Assembly (NCBI GenBank): GCA_051362555.1
Contig: CM120640.1
Coordinates: forward strand, 11,532,001 to 11,596,000
Direction: 5' to 3'
Source: Lingula anatina
Lineage: Eukaryota; Animalia; Brachiopoda
DNA length: 64,000 nt
The notes below the pieces were generated by a model. It searched no databases and was not told where the DNA came from. It was given only the letters and a program-made list of their open reading frames with translations. Below, in pieces: positions 1 to 12,580 of this stretch; positions within the stretch are counted from its first letter, which is position 1, and each line of letters begins with the position of its first letter. A program made the translations under genes and the position numbers.

Positions 1-3000
1 TTTCGTTGCATCAAAATGCATTGCTTACATGCAGAACTAGTAATATGTCCATGGATATTAATAAACACTTTTTAACTTGTTCTGAGGAGAAAAAGGCGTT
101 AACGTTGGTGCCACTGCAAACGCTTGCATCTTTCAAAATAGCACGGAATTTACCACCTAATAGATCAGTGCCCGATACTTAGGTTTTAATCTCCAAGGCA
201 ATGACTTCAGTGAGGGTAGGAGTTGTCCAACATACTGGTCATACCTATCCACATTTTAATAGTTTACGTCTAAAGCTGTGGATGAAAACAGCACGGGCAC
301 GTACATGAATACACACGGTATGAATGTGCCGCACAACATGTAGGGATGATTAGGGTAAAACACGGTTAAAAGGCCGATTGAGTTTAGTTGCTGTGAATAA
401 ATATCAATTGTATCTGCGGGTCAGTATACACTGGCGGAAATGAACAGATACAAGCAAATAGGCCTAGAAGATTATATTAGGCTACATTACAGTGACACTT
501 AAGTACAAAATAACCATATGATTAAGATAAACATCGCGAGTAACTTTCTCTACAGAGGTGACTGGTACAGTTCAGTTGAGGGGAAATTTCCTTTAATTAA
601 AGGGTTTCTAAATAAATGTAGACAGTTCAATGACAATTTTATGAGATTTATATTAGTGTGAACCCCCATGAGACCGCTCTGAGATTTCACATTGCGTCTT
701 AAAAGGCGGACCTCAGCGATTTTTAAATAACGTGAAATGACGTCACCTATGATGCTCATATGGTTGGTTTATCTTTCTTTTTAGCTTTCTCTTGTTATTT
801 AAGCTTGCATACAACGGAAAGAGAGAATATCGCCTAAATGCCTTAAAATGCCCTGTTTTATAAAAAAATTCTGACTTCATGTTTCTAAATACAGTTAGTG
901 TGCACCAAAGTAATCGACAGAAATCACACGCGTTAACGTCCAATCAAGCCGAAAAACCTTGTAAAGTATGGGTCACCGATGGGAAGCAACAGAGGTGTGC
1001 GAAATCTGCCCGAACGCAGAGTCGCTCCGACGTCATGTACGAGAGAGTTGATATTTTGAACCATTTACATCATACCAACCCTAACCTGGTGGATACAATA
1101 GGTGGCGGAGTCTGTTACACGAACCTTCGGTTTCTTTACATCGGAGACAGTCTAGCCAGGTATTTTTTGTCGCAATACATCGCTGCCATCCACATTTTTG
1201 TACAAAATCAACATTGATTGATGTGTGGTTATCTCTTTATAGTGCTAAAGCCGTCTATTTCCGATAAACCCATGCGCATTTCCATTAGTTTGATGCATTA
1301 CCTTCTCTTACTGCATTTCTCGTAACAAAACTATAACCCACCATTCAGAAAGAAATTAAAGTATTGGGGCAGGGCTGTCTCATTATCTTTGTAAACAAGT
1401 GTAAATGGAACAGAAAGCTGAATATTCTCTCCTAAACGCGTCGTAAGTTTCGACATGGATGTTTTTTTTTTCAAGCCGAAAAAAAAATCATGAAATCACT
1501 ATAAAGTTATTGTGTCTGGTGATTTTAATCACAATCCAAATATCAACTGAAATCTTATTCAAGGTTACCACTTCATGACAAATCTGTTGCTTTTCATTGT
1601 TTACGGTGAAAGTGAAATATCGGCATTCTTGGTCCATGTTTATAGCTGTTGCTTAGAGAATAATGATGCTTGAGGACCTTCGTTCATATCAATAACGAGT
1701 ACTTCATGTCTGAACATCTAGTTTTTGTGTAATGATACCTCTGTATGTAGGTTAATTTTTATCTGTTACATAAATAGAAAGCTGTAATTCTTAATTCCAT
1801 CGGCGACTTGTGGTTTGTGCTTTTGTTTACGTTTAGTTGTCCGAGAAAGGTTGAGTTTGGTGCGCTCCTCTACCATATTGTTCTATAAAGCAATGACGCC
1901 AGTTATATTTTGAGTGTATTTTAACTAGTCGCTTCATATTATCAATCTTTTTTTTCGCCAAAACTAACTTTATTTTTCAGTGTGGCCGTATCTAAATGGA
2001 TAAGTCATAAAACAGCACCCCGCGTTTCGTATCTAGAAATTGTTAAAAACTGATATCTGTACTAATCTGTCGTTTTAAATATATGTGTAGCACAAGAAGA
2101 GGTCTGACGAGCCACCAAAATAACTATGTTCATTAAAATGTCTCTACAGAATTTTTTCTTATGCTGATTAATCACAGTTTAAATCTGCAAATCTTATAAT
2201 TAAACTAATGAAGAGCGTTATTTCCTATCAAATTACCATCGTTTAATCAATTTTATCAATACCAAGGTTACGCGTATATCTTATTTGAGAAATTCCCCTC
2301 CCATACGAAGCAAAAAATTATATCCTTTACATCTGACACTTTCTGATCAGCAAACATAACACATATATTTTTTTATGTCTGATAATAAAACACATTTTCG
2401 TTCTTCCAACAACTATTCTAGCGAACATTGGGTCCTTGGAAAGTTTTTTTTTGTATTTAGGTAAATCGATAATTGCACAAAGTAGCCATTTGAGAAAGAT
2501 CGATCAAAAAAAAATAGTGACTTTAAACTCAAGACTGATAATCTATTAACAAAATTTACATATGAACTGCGTCTCTTTGAAAGCTTGTCCGTAATATAAG
2601 AACGCTTCATAATCAATTAATTGTCACGACATTGTGAATGCATCAGGGGAAATTACTTTATACTTCAAATACTAACATTCCTGTGGTTTAGAACCCTCTA
2701 TCCTCTACCAGGGCTACGGAGATATTTTTCAATAGACATCCACAGACATTCCTCTGGCAATTCGCTTAACACCTAAGGACATGCACTAGATCCATTTGTA
2801 TTATGATTTAAAAATGTCAATGCTAGACAAACGACTATCGCACTACTTTCTTAAACAGATGGACAATGCACCGTTAAAAGGTGATTTTTTAATCATATTA
2901 AAATTATTATGGCGTATTTCTTAAAAAATAAATGCCATTAAACGAGCCTAATTGTGGTCGTTTTTGCTTTCTCAATAACGATAATGGACACATCGTATCA

Positions 3001-3168
3001 TAGTTTAATTTCACGGAAGCTCGATCACCAAATTATGAGGTTTCGCTGCGCTGAGTCGCAGTAGATCGCTAGAGTCTAACGCCTTATTAAATGCGCTTTC
3101 CTTAAATGTAACAGCACACATGTAAACAGCGCGATTTCGTTTCGCTTGAAATTTTAACACAGCCTTAC

Positions 3169-3239
3169 CTTTCCACCGAAAGAGCAGTGACTTCAGTCGC
3201 TCTGTCCCAAGAGAGGTTCAGGTTCTTTTTCAAGGACAT
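3169..3239 (-). CDS. Probable first coding exon of an unidentified gene running leftwards (MSLKKNLNLSWDRATEVTALSVE...)
   Basis: ATG at 3239 in A-rich context (caaaattATG), open for 71 nt to a strong donor AAAG|gtaagg at 3168; promoter-like elements upstream. Downstream exons not identified. Confidence 0.4.
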
Positions 3240-3439
3240 AATTTTGTGGTTTTTGAAATCAAGAACCCAAAGTAAACAGATCTGATTGAAGACCGCAGCT
3301 CTAACAGCTATCAGATGAACAATAGTCACGAACTGCACCAGTGAGAACCACAAAAGCCTTGCTGCATGCAACGCTACAGTCCCTTTTTTAACTGCTATTC
3401 TACAGCAATGCTTTGCCTTACAAGCAAAGATTTACGAGC

Positions 3440-3580
3440 TGCTCTGCTTGGATATCTGCTGCCGTGTCGCCTTTTTATGCGACGCGCGCTGTCACCTGCA
3501 GCTCAATACGATTAGCCAGTTTCCCTATAAAAAGCCGCGTGTCAATTTCTATTGGATTGGAGCAATTCGCAGTGACGTTG
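3440..3580 (-). promoter_or_regulatory. Putative Pol II promoter for the 3239 exon
   Basis: Minus-strand TATA-like CATAAAAAGG near 3470-3479, tandem CCAAT boxes (attggattgg, 3551-3560), TGACG half-site near 3573, locally CpG-rich. Confidence 0.35.
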
Positions 3581-5572
3581 TCAAGATACTTGTACAACGC
3601 ACTGGTCTTGCTATGTTCATTTGATTCGTTCATATATCGAGTGTAAGACGAAACAGGCCATCATGCAAAATTCTCCTTGCTATCCACAGCTAACATAATG
3701 GGACAATCATTTTTTGTTCGCTTGACGTTCTTCTGTTAACACAGATTAGACAGACCGTTTACTAGACAAGTCCATTGCATGATACACTGACTGACGCCCG
3801 GTGTTTCAGAATGCTGACTGTACTTAACAACTATCCAGTATCCGCTCACCGTTAACCGTTGTACATAGTGGCATTAGGGTGTTTGTGATCGAAATCTCAG
3901 AAAAGCATTGGAGGGATCGAGGGTGATTTAAGATTTGTTTTGGCGTTTTCTAAAGGGTAACCTTTACATGTAGCTCATGAAATTGCAGCTACTCCAGGAA
4001 CGTAAACCACTCGTCAATAATATTTTTTCAGTAATTTGACTTTCAATACTGTCTCCAATACAACATTCATATATGTGGTAATAAGCAAGATATATCTTTC
4101 TACCATGCCACTCACCCGTATTTTTCATCGCAAGCCGCAAAACATTTTGCATCAAGTACAGGCAGTCGTAACCAGAAACGCAACATCATTAATAGATAGG
4201 CATAACGATTATGTTTTTACGATAAAGTAGTTTGTTGTATTTTTAGTCAATTTACGGCCAATGAAAATTCATGAACAGGCCAATGTATCTAGTCAATAGA
4301 ATAATTACTACATGAATGCCTAAACAGCCCTCAGTGCCTTATTAATTAAAGCGACTAACACATATTTCCTTTGCATTTTTGTACAGGACACAAAAATGAT
4401 CAAAACAAGGTACTCCTAACTCTATCATTCTAAAAGACTCCAAGTCACTGTTTTAGGTGGCATTATACAAATCAGCATGTTACTGAGTGTTTATATATAT
4501 AGACCTAACATGGCACGAAATAATTAATATCAGTTAATCGTCGGGTACCACAGTGTATACGCAATGTTTTAAACTTTTGAGTACTGTCATTATCTGCAGG
4601 TCTTGACGGTCGATTTATAAATTTAAGTTGGACTTTACACCTAGCTAAGCCAAAGCTTACAGCTAGTTCAGGAGAGGGACGTAAACAGTGGTAAATACAC
4701 AAGCACCGTTTTTTTTTTCTATCGTGAGAGCAGTGGAACATTTTCTCTTCACAGGGGAGGGGCCACTTTTTACAGCCACGACATTACTAAACGCAGGAAG
4801 CAAGAAGCCTAAGGGAATCCTTTCCATTTTTTTCTGAACCGTTAACCCCCTGTTTAAATGTTGTTTCTTACTACGCGCTTTCACTTTTTATATGTGCATA
4901 ATGTTTTTTTAATGTAATAATTGCCATTTTGACAAAACCATGCTTTCATTAACTTTCATCGCCGTTTCTTGTTATTTCACTGAAAATTGACTAACAAAAA
5001 AGGCGACAGATTTATATTATTTATGGTATGGAAAGAACAAAATGCATAATGGATATAATCTTATATCATTTAAAGGATCATGCTCAGCAGTCAAGCTCTG
5101 ATCATTGTGATAAAAAACCCCAGATATAATGGCTTAGGATTACAGAAATAATGTTTTGTTGATCTTCATTATTCTACTAATTTCACCTCATTTTAGGATT
5201 ACCATGCATTTTGAGACACTGTCATTGTAGATTATGTCTTACATAGAGACTGACAAAATGGCAACCATCCAATTTGTACATTAGGTTGGAAAAAATCAGG
5301 AATAATACTGCGGTGTATTTCGTGGATTTTCTTCCCCTAAAAACTGCGCTAAACATGTGACAGGACACGTGCTTACCATTCGCGCTTATATTTTCCCTCT
5401 TAAAATACATTTTGAACACGGGTGATTTTTTTGTTCTCAATTCGATTCTGAAGAAGGTATAGGCCTAATGATAAAATAAATGAATGGTTCTGCAATTAGG
5501 AAGTTTTCAAAGATTGGAAAAGCCTAGGTAACATTTGCCACGCGATGTCCGTTCAGTGCAAGTACACTGCAC

Positions 5573-5700
5573 GTCCTCAAATCAAGTTCGGTCCCTTGGT
5601 TCTAAACTGTTTACCAGAGGCTCTGTTCTGGTCCTACACCTGTTAATGTCCATCATGACGTGTTCTAACGTGTACCCCAAACGTGTCCTTGGCTGACTCT
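5573..5700 (+). repeat. 128-bp repeat, left arm of an inverted pair with 12167-12294
   Basis: Reverse complement of 12167-12294 matches with 9 substitutions and no indels by manual alignment. Confidence 0.9.
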
Positions 5701-7381
5701 CTTTTGGGCCCCAAACTTTTTCTGCGGTATAGTCTTCATTTGGAAACCTGCCAGTATGACGTTCGGGGGAGGGGAGGGGATTAATTACTTGCAGTTGAGC
5801 AACTCAACTAACGGTCATTTGGTTGATTCGCGAGATCAACGGACTAGCTGGCTATTATTTCACAGCATAAATTGAAAGATATAAATTGCAGAGTAACCTT
5901 CTGTCGCAAGGATACTACTTATAATTATTTATTCCCTTCATGCCCCCCTCCCCCCCCCCCCCCCCCCGGGGGTCACTTGTAATTAATACTCCGTATCTTG
6001 ATTAATGTGGAAGAATCGAAAGAAGAAAAGAGTGCGCAGACGTGCTTTTGACAGGTCAGGTCACGAAGTAACGGATACGGCATCTCAGGCCACAAAATAT
6101 GGCTTCACAGGGCAGTGAGCAAACTCGAGAAATTTCCCTCACGGTCAATATTCCGAGCATATATGGTCACCCTGCTTCCGACATGTCTTTACAACAATTC
6201 AGTATCATTATACTGAATTCTATTACTGTTCTATTACTGATGTTGTATTCGACCATCTAATTGCTATTAAATGGCGCAGAGTACAGGTTCCAAACAGGTA
6301 TAGCTGCAAACAGTAAAATTGTTTGATATTATTAAAAATATAAACAATTATGTTGATCATAATAACTAAACCACTCTGCAGGCTAACTGTCTACGGGTTA
6401 TTGTCAAGATGGGTTTAGTTTATAACACTCTCCTCTAGTTCGGGACATTTACAGAATGTCTTAACCCCTCTCTCTCTCTCGTCATGAATCAAAGTCTCTG
6501 ACATTTAACATTAGTATTTAAATTCAGGATATTTACAGAAATGTGTGAACATGATATTAATTCGAGATAGGATATTTTATAGTGTTTGTAAATGTTACAA
6601 AGGAAATTACCAAAAATATATAGCTTTCCATATTGAGAAGACATGTTCCTCTACTCCCCCTCTCCAGATTTCCTGGCCCGAGGAGCAATATGTTTGTCCT
6701 AAGCTCTGAAGCTCTGAACGCGCTTGATAGAAACCAGATGTGGAGAAAGTGAGATTTTATTGCCCGAGCCACACTACCGACTTTCCAATCTTATTACAGG
6801 TTGAAGTAAGTGTGGGCGGGGGGTATATATCTTCTTAACCGACCAAGCAAGATAGTCACGAAACACGATAAAGTATATCAGTAGAAAGGCTCAACTTGAC
6901 TTTTTTATTTCAAATCGTTATTTCATAACATAATAGTTGCTATGCCCTTATGCTCCCCCTCTCACCCTGAACTCTTGTAAGAAATAGTCATTTTTTTTTC
7001 ATATGAAAGATGAGAGCGTAAATTAACTTATCACAACCGCTCACGTTTTGCATAACGTTTTTATTAATGTTTCATATTACTTTGAATAACTGCTGAATGC
7101 TTTCCCTGTTAGAGGGTACAATGACATAAACCAGTGAAAGTAATGGAACGTGTCATATATTTATTCCGATATTAATCAAAATATAATATGCTTTATTCAT
7201 ACTTTCTGCACCAGACTGAGCTGGTGAAAATGTACATAGATAAGGTAATAGTAGCAATAATAATGATAATAGTAATAGCAAAATACATAGATAAATAGCA
7301 CCAAAATACATGTATAGAAATGTACCAATGTTTCTACTATGTGAACTAAATCTTCGTATTTATAGTAGTTATTGATAGACA

Positions 7382-10300
7382 TCATGAAGTTGAAGATGTA
7401 GCACAGTTTCTTTTGTTAAAAGCAAGGTTAAGGAATTTGGCCAAGGAAATTATCACTGTTTCGTTTGGATTATTCATTATAAAGTGGAATTTATCTTTGT
7501 TGTTTAAATGTGCAAAGCATGTGTGGCTGCTTTGTATTATTTTAAAGAGCTCTTTTCTGTGTTCTGTATACAGAGGGCAGGTAATTAAGAAGTGTTCTTC
7601 ATCCTCTATAAATTCAGAGTGGCAGATTTGGCATTTTCTGTCTTCGACTGGTGTTGGTTTACCCTTGACGTGGCGACCTGTTTCTATGTGCAAATTGTGG
7701 CTGCTGATTCTGAATTTGGTTAGGGTTTGATACGGAGCTTTGTTAGTATCATATTAACTTTTTTTAATTTTCATTTAAGTTTTATTTTATGGAATTTTCA
7801 CCGCGGTGAAAATTATTTCTACCGCGGTGAAAATTATTTTCACCGCGGTGGAAATTATTTTCACCGCGGTGAAAATTCCATAAAATAAAACTTAAATGAA
7901 AATAGAAAAAAGTTAATATGATACTAACAAAGCTCCGTAGTTTGACGTTTTTCTTTATCTTGTATTATATCAAGATATTTTTCTTTCTCAAAATGAAGTT
8001 TGAAAGTTTTATACCTTCTCAATTTGAGATTTTCTTGCGATATCCTACTATGCCAAAGTTGTATACTACTGTCTCTAAGTCTAACGCTAAAAGATTTCAT
8101 GAAGTTTTTGTCTACTTTCTGTTTGACCCATACGTCTCCGAACCCATTTTCTACAAGAATTTTCTTTACTCCTTCACTCCATGACATACTGTGGCGTGTG
8201 TTGTGAAGGTTAGTATTTGACAGAAGATCAAAGTGTTTTAGTTCATCTAAGTATGCCCGTTTTAGTAGAACACCATCATCTAAGTGTAAAATTTTGACCC
8301 AGTATTTGATCACTTGTATTTGGATTTTTGTGTAGCTTGGTAGGCGCCCAAGTTCTCCTCGGACAGCATAATTACAAGACTTGGAATGCACCCCTAAAAG
8401 CTGCTTGCAAAATTGAAGATGTATTTTTTCTATTGGCGATTTATCATTAAATGGAGTGAACCCCCATATTTCTGCTCCATATGTTGCAACTGGGGAAATC
8501 AGTGTGTCATAAAGCTTTTCTTTTAAGGAGGTGGGAATGGTACTAGCCAGAGGAAGATTGCGCTTGAGACTGAAAAAGGCCTTTTGTGCTCTGTCATGTA
8601 AATTTTGTTGTGCAGGGGCTAGCGAGCCGGATCTTGTGAAGAGGAGACCTAGGTATAGGTAGCTTGTTGCTACTGGTACCAACTGGTTATGGAGATAAAA
8701 ATGTTCTGTATTAACACCAGTGTGATCATGTATTTTTCCCTTACTATTAAAAATAACAACTTTAGTCTTTTTTAAGTTAACAGATAACCTCCATCTGTCA
8801 CAGTATTCTTCCAAACATTTTAAACTGTGCTGAAGGCCTGAGGCGCTTGCCGAAAACAAAACTAGATCATCGGCATAGAAAAGACCAGTAACAGGTTTTC
8901 CATCAAGTGATGGAGCTTTGCTTTGGGATTCATCTATAAGTCTAAGTATGTCATCAATGTATATATTAAAAAGGAAGGGGCTCAGTGTATCTCCTTGCTT
9001 AACTCCTCTAAATGTTGGGAAAGAATCTGTCAGTCCATGGGTAGTTTTGACATATGCGGTGGAGTTTTCGTATATCGATTTTATGTTATTGTAGAATTTT
9101 CCACCTACATCTAGATTAAGCAGTTTGAAAAGCAGACCATTCCTCCAGACACAGTCAAAGGCCTTACTGAAATCCACAAAACATGTATACAACCGTTTTT
9201 TTGACCTTGAGAATTTTGTAATCAGGGATTTTAGAATAAATAGATTATTTGAGGTACTGTAACCATCCCTGAATCCAGCCTGGTTAGCTATGGGAACATT
9301 CTTATATGCACAGAAAGCTTTCAGTCTGTTCAAGAGAAGGGAATTGTAAAGTTTGCCCACACAACTTGAGATGGAAATACCACGATAATTGTCAACCACA
9401 CTAGGATCACCTGACTTAAGAAGGGGTACTATGTAGCTGTGGTTCCAGATCTTAGGGTAGATTCCACTATGAAATACAGCATTGAAAAGTTTATGTAACA
9501 CTGGGAGGATGATTGTTTTACCTGCTTTTAGCATTTCGTTGCTGATTTTATCTTCCCCAGGTGCTTTATTGTTTATAAGCAAATTAATTTGCTTCATAAT
9601 ATCATCAGAAGTGAATTCATAATCTAGACAGTTTTTGCTGGAGTTTTGTGATTCCAATACCACTAGTTTTTTCTCTATCTCAACTTTAAATCCGTCATTA
9701 TATTGCTTATTTTCACCTGCCATGTTCAATTTCTCAAAATGGTGATAGAATGTGAGAGGATCTATGTGCTCGGCTGGGTTCGGTATTATGTTCTTAACAT
9801 TTAACTCTTGTACTGTCTTCCAAAGAGCCTTAGGATTTTCCGACTCCATAGATTGTAATCTCTCCAGAAGACTAGCCCTATGCTGAGAAGATGCCTTTTT
9901 ACAAGCCCTTTTATACTTATTGAGTGCCGTAAAGTATTTCCCTGATACCACTGGGTCATAAGGATGCTTAGAATGAGCCTTTGCTAGAGATTTTACGTGT
10001 TTTTTCATATCTGCTAGTGTTTTAGTATACCATGGCTTTGTACGTCTTTTGTCTTGTTTTGTACTTAGATCTGCGGGTTATGCACCTCAGTGATTTTTCT
10101 GCAGCCAATTGCATTAGAGTATTAAACTTGCCTACTAGAGTCTCTGAGTGATTTGTTTGAAGGAGGTCTGGTATATGTTTTTGACATTCAGTGCTTAGGA
10201 GTGCATCATAAAATTTTTCTTTTGAATCTTTGTCCCACATGTATTTTGAGGGTTTGGGTTTTAGTGAAATATTTGGTGATTCATGCTTTTCAATGTTGCA

Positions 10301-10385
10301 TTGGAGTGCAAATTCTAATAGACAGTGATCGGAGTCGGGATGTAGATCATTAACCTTGAAATACAGTATGCTGTTGTAAAGGCCA
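7382..10385 (-). pseudogene. Disrupted LINE ORF2 (reverse transcriptase); main fragment is the 694-aa ORF 7924-10008
   Basis: ORF fragments 10022-10240, 7924-10008 and 7382-7693 join into one ORF after correcting one frameshift (~10040) and removing the 7731-7939 insertion plus one TSD copy. Confidence 0.9.
7731..7939. mobile_element. Non-autonomous palindromic DNA transposon (IS3EU-type MITE) inserted in the LINE
   Basis: Termini TACGGAGCTTTGTTAGTATCATATTAAC / GTTAATATGATACTAACAAAGCTCCGTA; 6-bp TSD GTTTGA (7725-7730, 7940-7945); four internal ~21-bp units centred on ACCGCGGT. TAY..RTA ends with a 6-bp TSD is the IS3EU signature. Confidence 0.85.
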
Positions 10386-11778
10386 CATTTTCACTTTTTG
10401 TTGAAAGTTTTCTCACATCGAACTTGATTGATTGGGTTGGAGTGTCTACATCTGTAGCGGTGTTTTAAAGGGTCATAAAGTGACCAATTTTTGAGATAGC
10501 GTTATGCGGGACTTCTTGCTACAGATGAGGTGCAAATAAAACGGTATAATGATCGACGTGAAAATGCCTTTAGTCTGTTTTTATGCTTTCCATGTACGCA
10601 CATCTACTATAATGTATATGATTCGAAATTATCAACATCGGATTACTTAAAATAACCATCCAAAGATCATGTACATTACGGAGCGTAAACACAATTCGTT
10701 TGATTTGTGGTTTTTAATGAACTTAAATATAGATGCTGCGATAAAGACCATTCAACTGAATAAGATATATATATATATAGGGCGAAAAAGAAATTGAGAC
10801 GTCCCTGGAGTCGAGACAAGAATCCCGATTCTGTAATAACAGCTAGGTTTGTCTCTTTTAAATTAATTTGAATTGTACTCTATAACAAGAGAGGCAGTCA
10901 ATGTGAGGGTCGGTGGCACTTTTAATGGTGGGGATCGAGTATTTAAATTCAGAGGTTTCGGGCATGAAAGAAATTTAAAATGTTGTGGTTTCCAGGGGTC
11001 AGTTTGTAAGATCAAAATTCAGGCCAGGGCGCTGTTCTGAATCTTTCCCTTGAAGTGGTAAATTGAAACGGGGATGTTAGCTTTTAATTGTGCCCAAGGG
11101 AGTACGGCGTTGCGTAACAGTAAATTGCATTGGTATGCATACTTATACTACGTAGTTATACTGGATCTGTCCTCTACCATTAGTCTATCAAATCGCCACA
11201 ATGTCTTTGGTCAGATCACTGGGTTTTCATGATATTCCCTTCACTGTACGCTCCTAAAGCAATACAATTGGGACGCTAAGTTGTCATCCTGTAGCAGAAC
11301 ATCACTTGAACATTATCTGAATGATATGGGATATACAGCTTGTGAAAGCCTAGGTATAAATACCAACAAGGTATGCAGCACATCTCTAAACCAGCCCCGT
11401 CAATCAAACACACATTATGGTCAGTTGCGTCTTAGTTTAAATGCAGTCAAACAGGCAAATAGGCTTTAATTACGAATATATTGCTCGTTTATTAATAAAC
11501 TTTGTTTGTTTTAGATCCGCTGATTCGAAAATAATATAATCCATTTCTACTACTTGCACAAAACGCCTGCATTCTGGTAGTTTAAACTTTTATAGTGACT
11601 ATACCGGTCCAGTGGACATTTAGGAAATTCACGGGAATAAACGCGTCCATAGGAAAATAAGAGCTTATGCTAACTTGAAACGGAATAAAGAACGCACGAT
11701 CATGACAGTGAGTGAGTACCCCCCCCCCCCCCCCCCCCCCACATGCACACAATCACCCACGAATGTAACTGTCTCGAA

Positions 11779-11936
11779 GGGGGCGTCTCGATAGTCCGAA
11801 GGTTCATTGGTCCGAAAAGTGGTAACATTTTCATCGATTTTTTAATCAAGGGTTCATTGGTCCGAAGGTTCTATAGTGAACATTCGGACCAATGAACCTT
11901 CGGACTATTGAACCTTCGGACTATCGCTACGGCCCC
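11779..11936. mobile_element. MITE copy 1 (GG..CC ends, 8-bp TSD; Merlin- or MULE-like)
   Basis: Ends GGGGGCGTCTCGATAGTCCGAAGG / CCTTCGGACTATCGCTACGGCCCC; TSD GTCTCGAA (11771-11778, 11937-11944); internal 16-bp GGTCCGAAGGTTCATT-type units. Confidence 0.9.
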
Positions 11937-12166
11937 GTCTCGAAAACAAGAAGCAGAGAACGCCATAAATATTGTAGTAGTATTAAGCATCCTAAAGGTA
12001 GTCACGCAGCAAAACTTTTGTGTTCTTTAAAAAATATGAGAATATATTATAGCAAATATAATACAATTTTAAATAATTGAAATGCATTTCTTTTTAACAT
12101 TCAGTTTACGTACGTTTTTTGGTAGCCTCTCAAAGTGTTAAACCTCAAATATTGGAGACCATAATT

Positions 12167-12294
12167 AGAGTCAGCCAAGGAGACGTTTGGGGAACACGTT
12201 TGAACTCGTCATGATGGACATTTACAGGTGTAAGACCAGTACAGAGCTTCTTGTAAACAGTTTAGAACCAAGGGACCGAACTTGATTTGAGGAC
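12167..12294 (-). repeat. 128-bp repeat, right arm of the inverted pair with 5573-5700
   Basis: See 5573-5700. Confidence 0.9.
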
Positions 12295-12580
12295 CAGAAG
12301 AGAGGCTTAACACACGTATACCTTTTCCATGCAGTGTCTGTGCGGTAGCCGTGGGAAATCATGCGAAATAGTAGGGATTTACGGCCTCCTTAGCTTCTTC
12401 GATTTTGTCAAGTTAAACCTTTAAACAATTTTTTTTGAATTATAAACTGTAACAATATCGTAGATGACACTGGACAGTTCCCGTCCAGGTATTGTTCCTT
12501 GGACTTGCGGTGATGGTGATAATGGTTGAACCTGTATAAGTGTTGTTGGTCTCTTTCTGTTCCTCCTGTGGTAGTCTTAT

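Larger units (their letters stand above)
7170..10390 (-). mobile_element. 5'-truncated non-LTR retrotransposon (LINE, RTEX-like): end of APE endonuclease, RT, C-terminal CCHC
   Basis: Minus frame from ~10385 reads GLYNSILYFKVNDLHPDSDHCLL (APE SDH motif); KPWY linker after a frameshift at ~10040; RT motifs KAPGEDKI, YRGISI, FVDFSKAFD, GVKQGDTLSPFLF, FYADD; C-terminus FRISSHNLHIETGR..RKCQIC..EDEEHFLITCP; 3' UTR with CACCAG/CTGGTG stem-loop (7203-7229) and AATAAA (7192-7197). Clade inferred from the C-terminal motif. Confidence 0.92.

Noticed and set aside
7790-7880. Regular ~21-bp palindromic units as a CRISPR-like array
   Set aside because: No unique spacers, eukaryotic context, and the units lie inside a TSD-flanked MITE.
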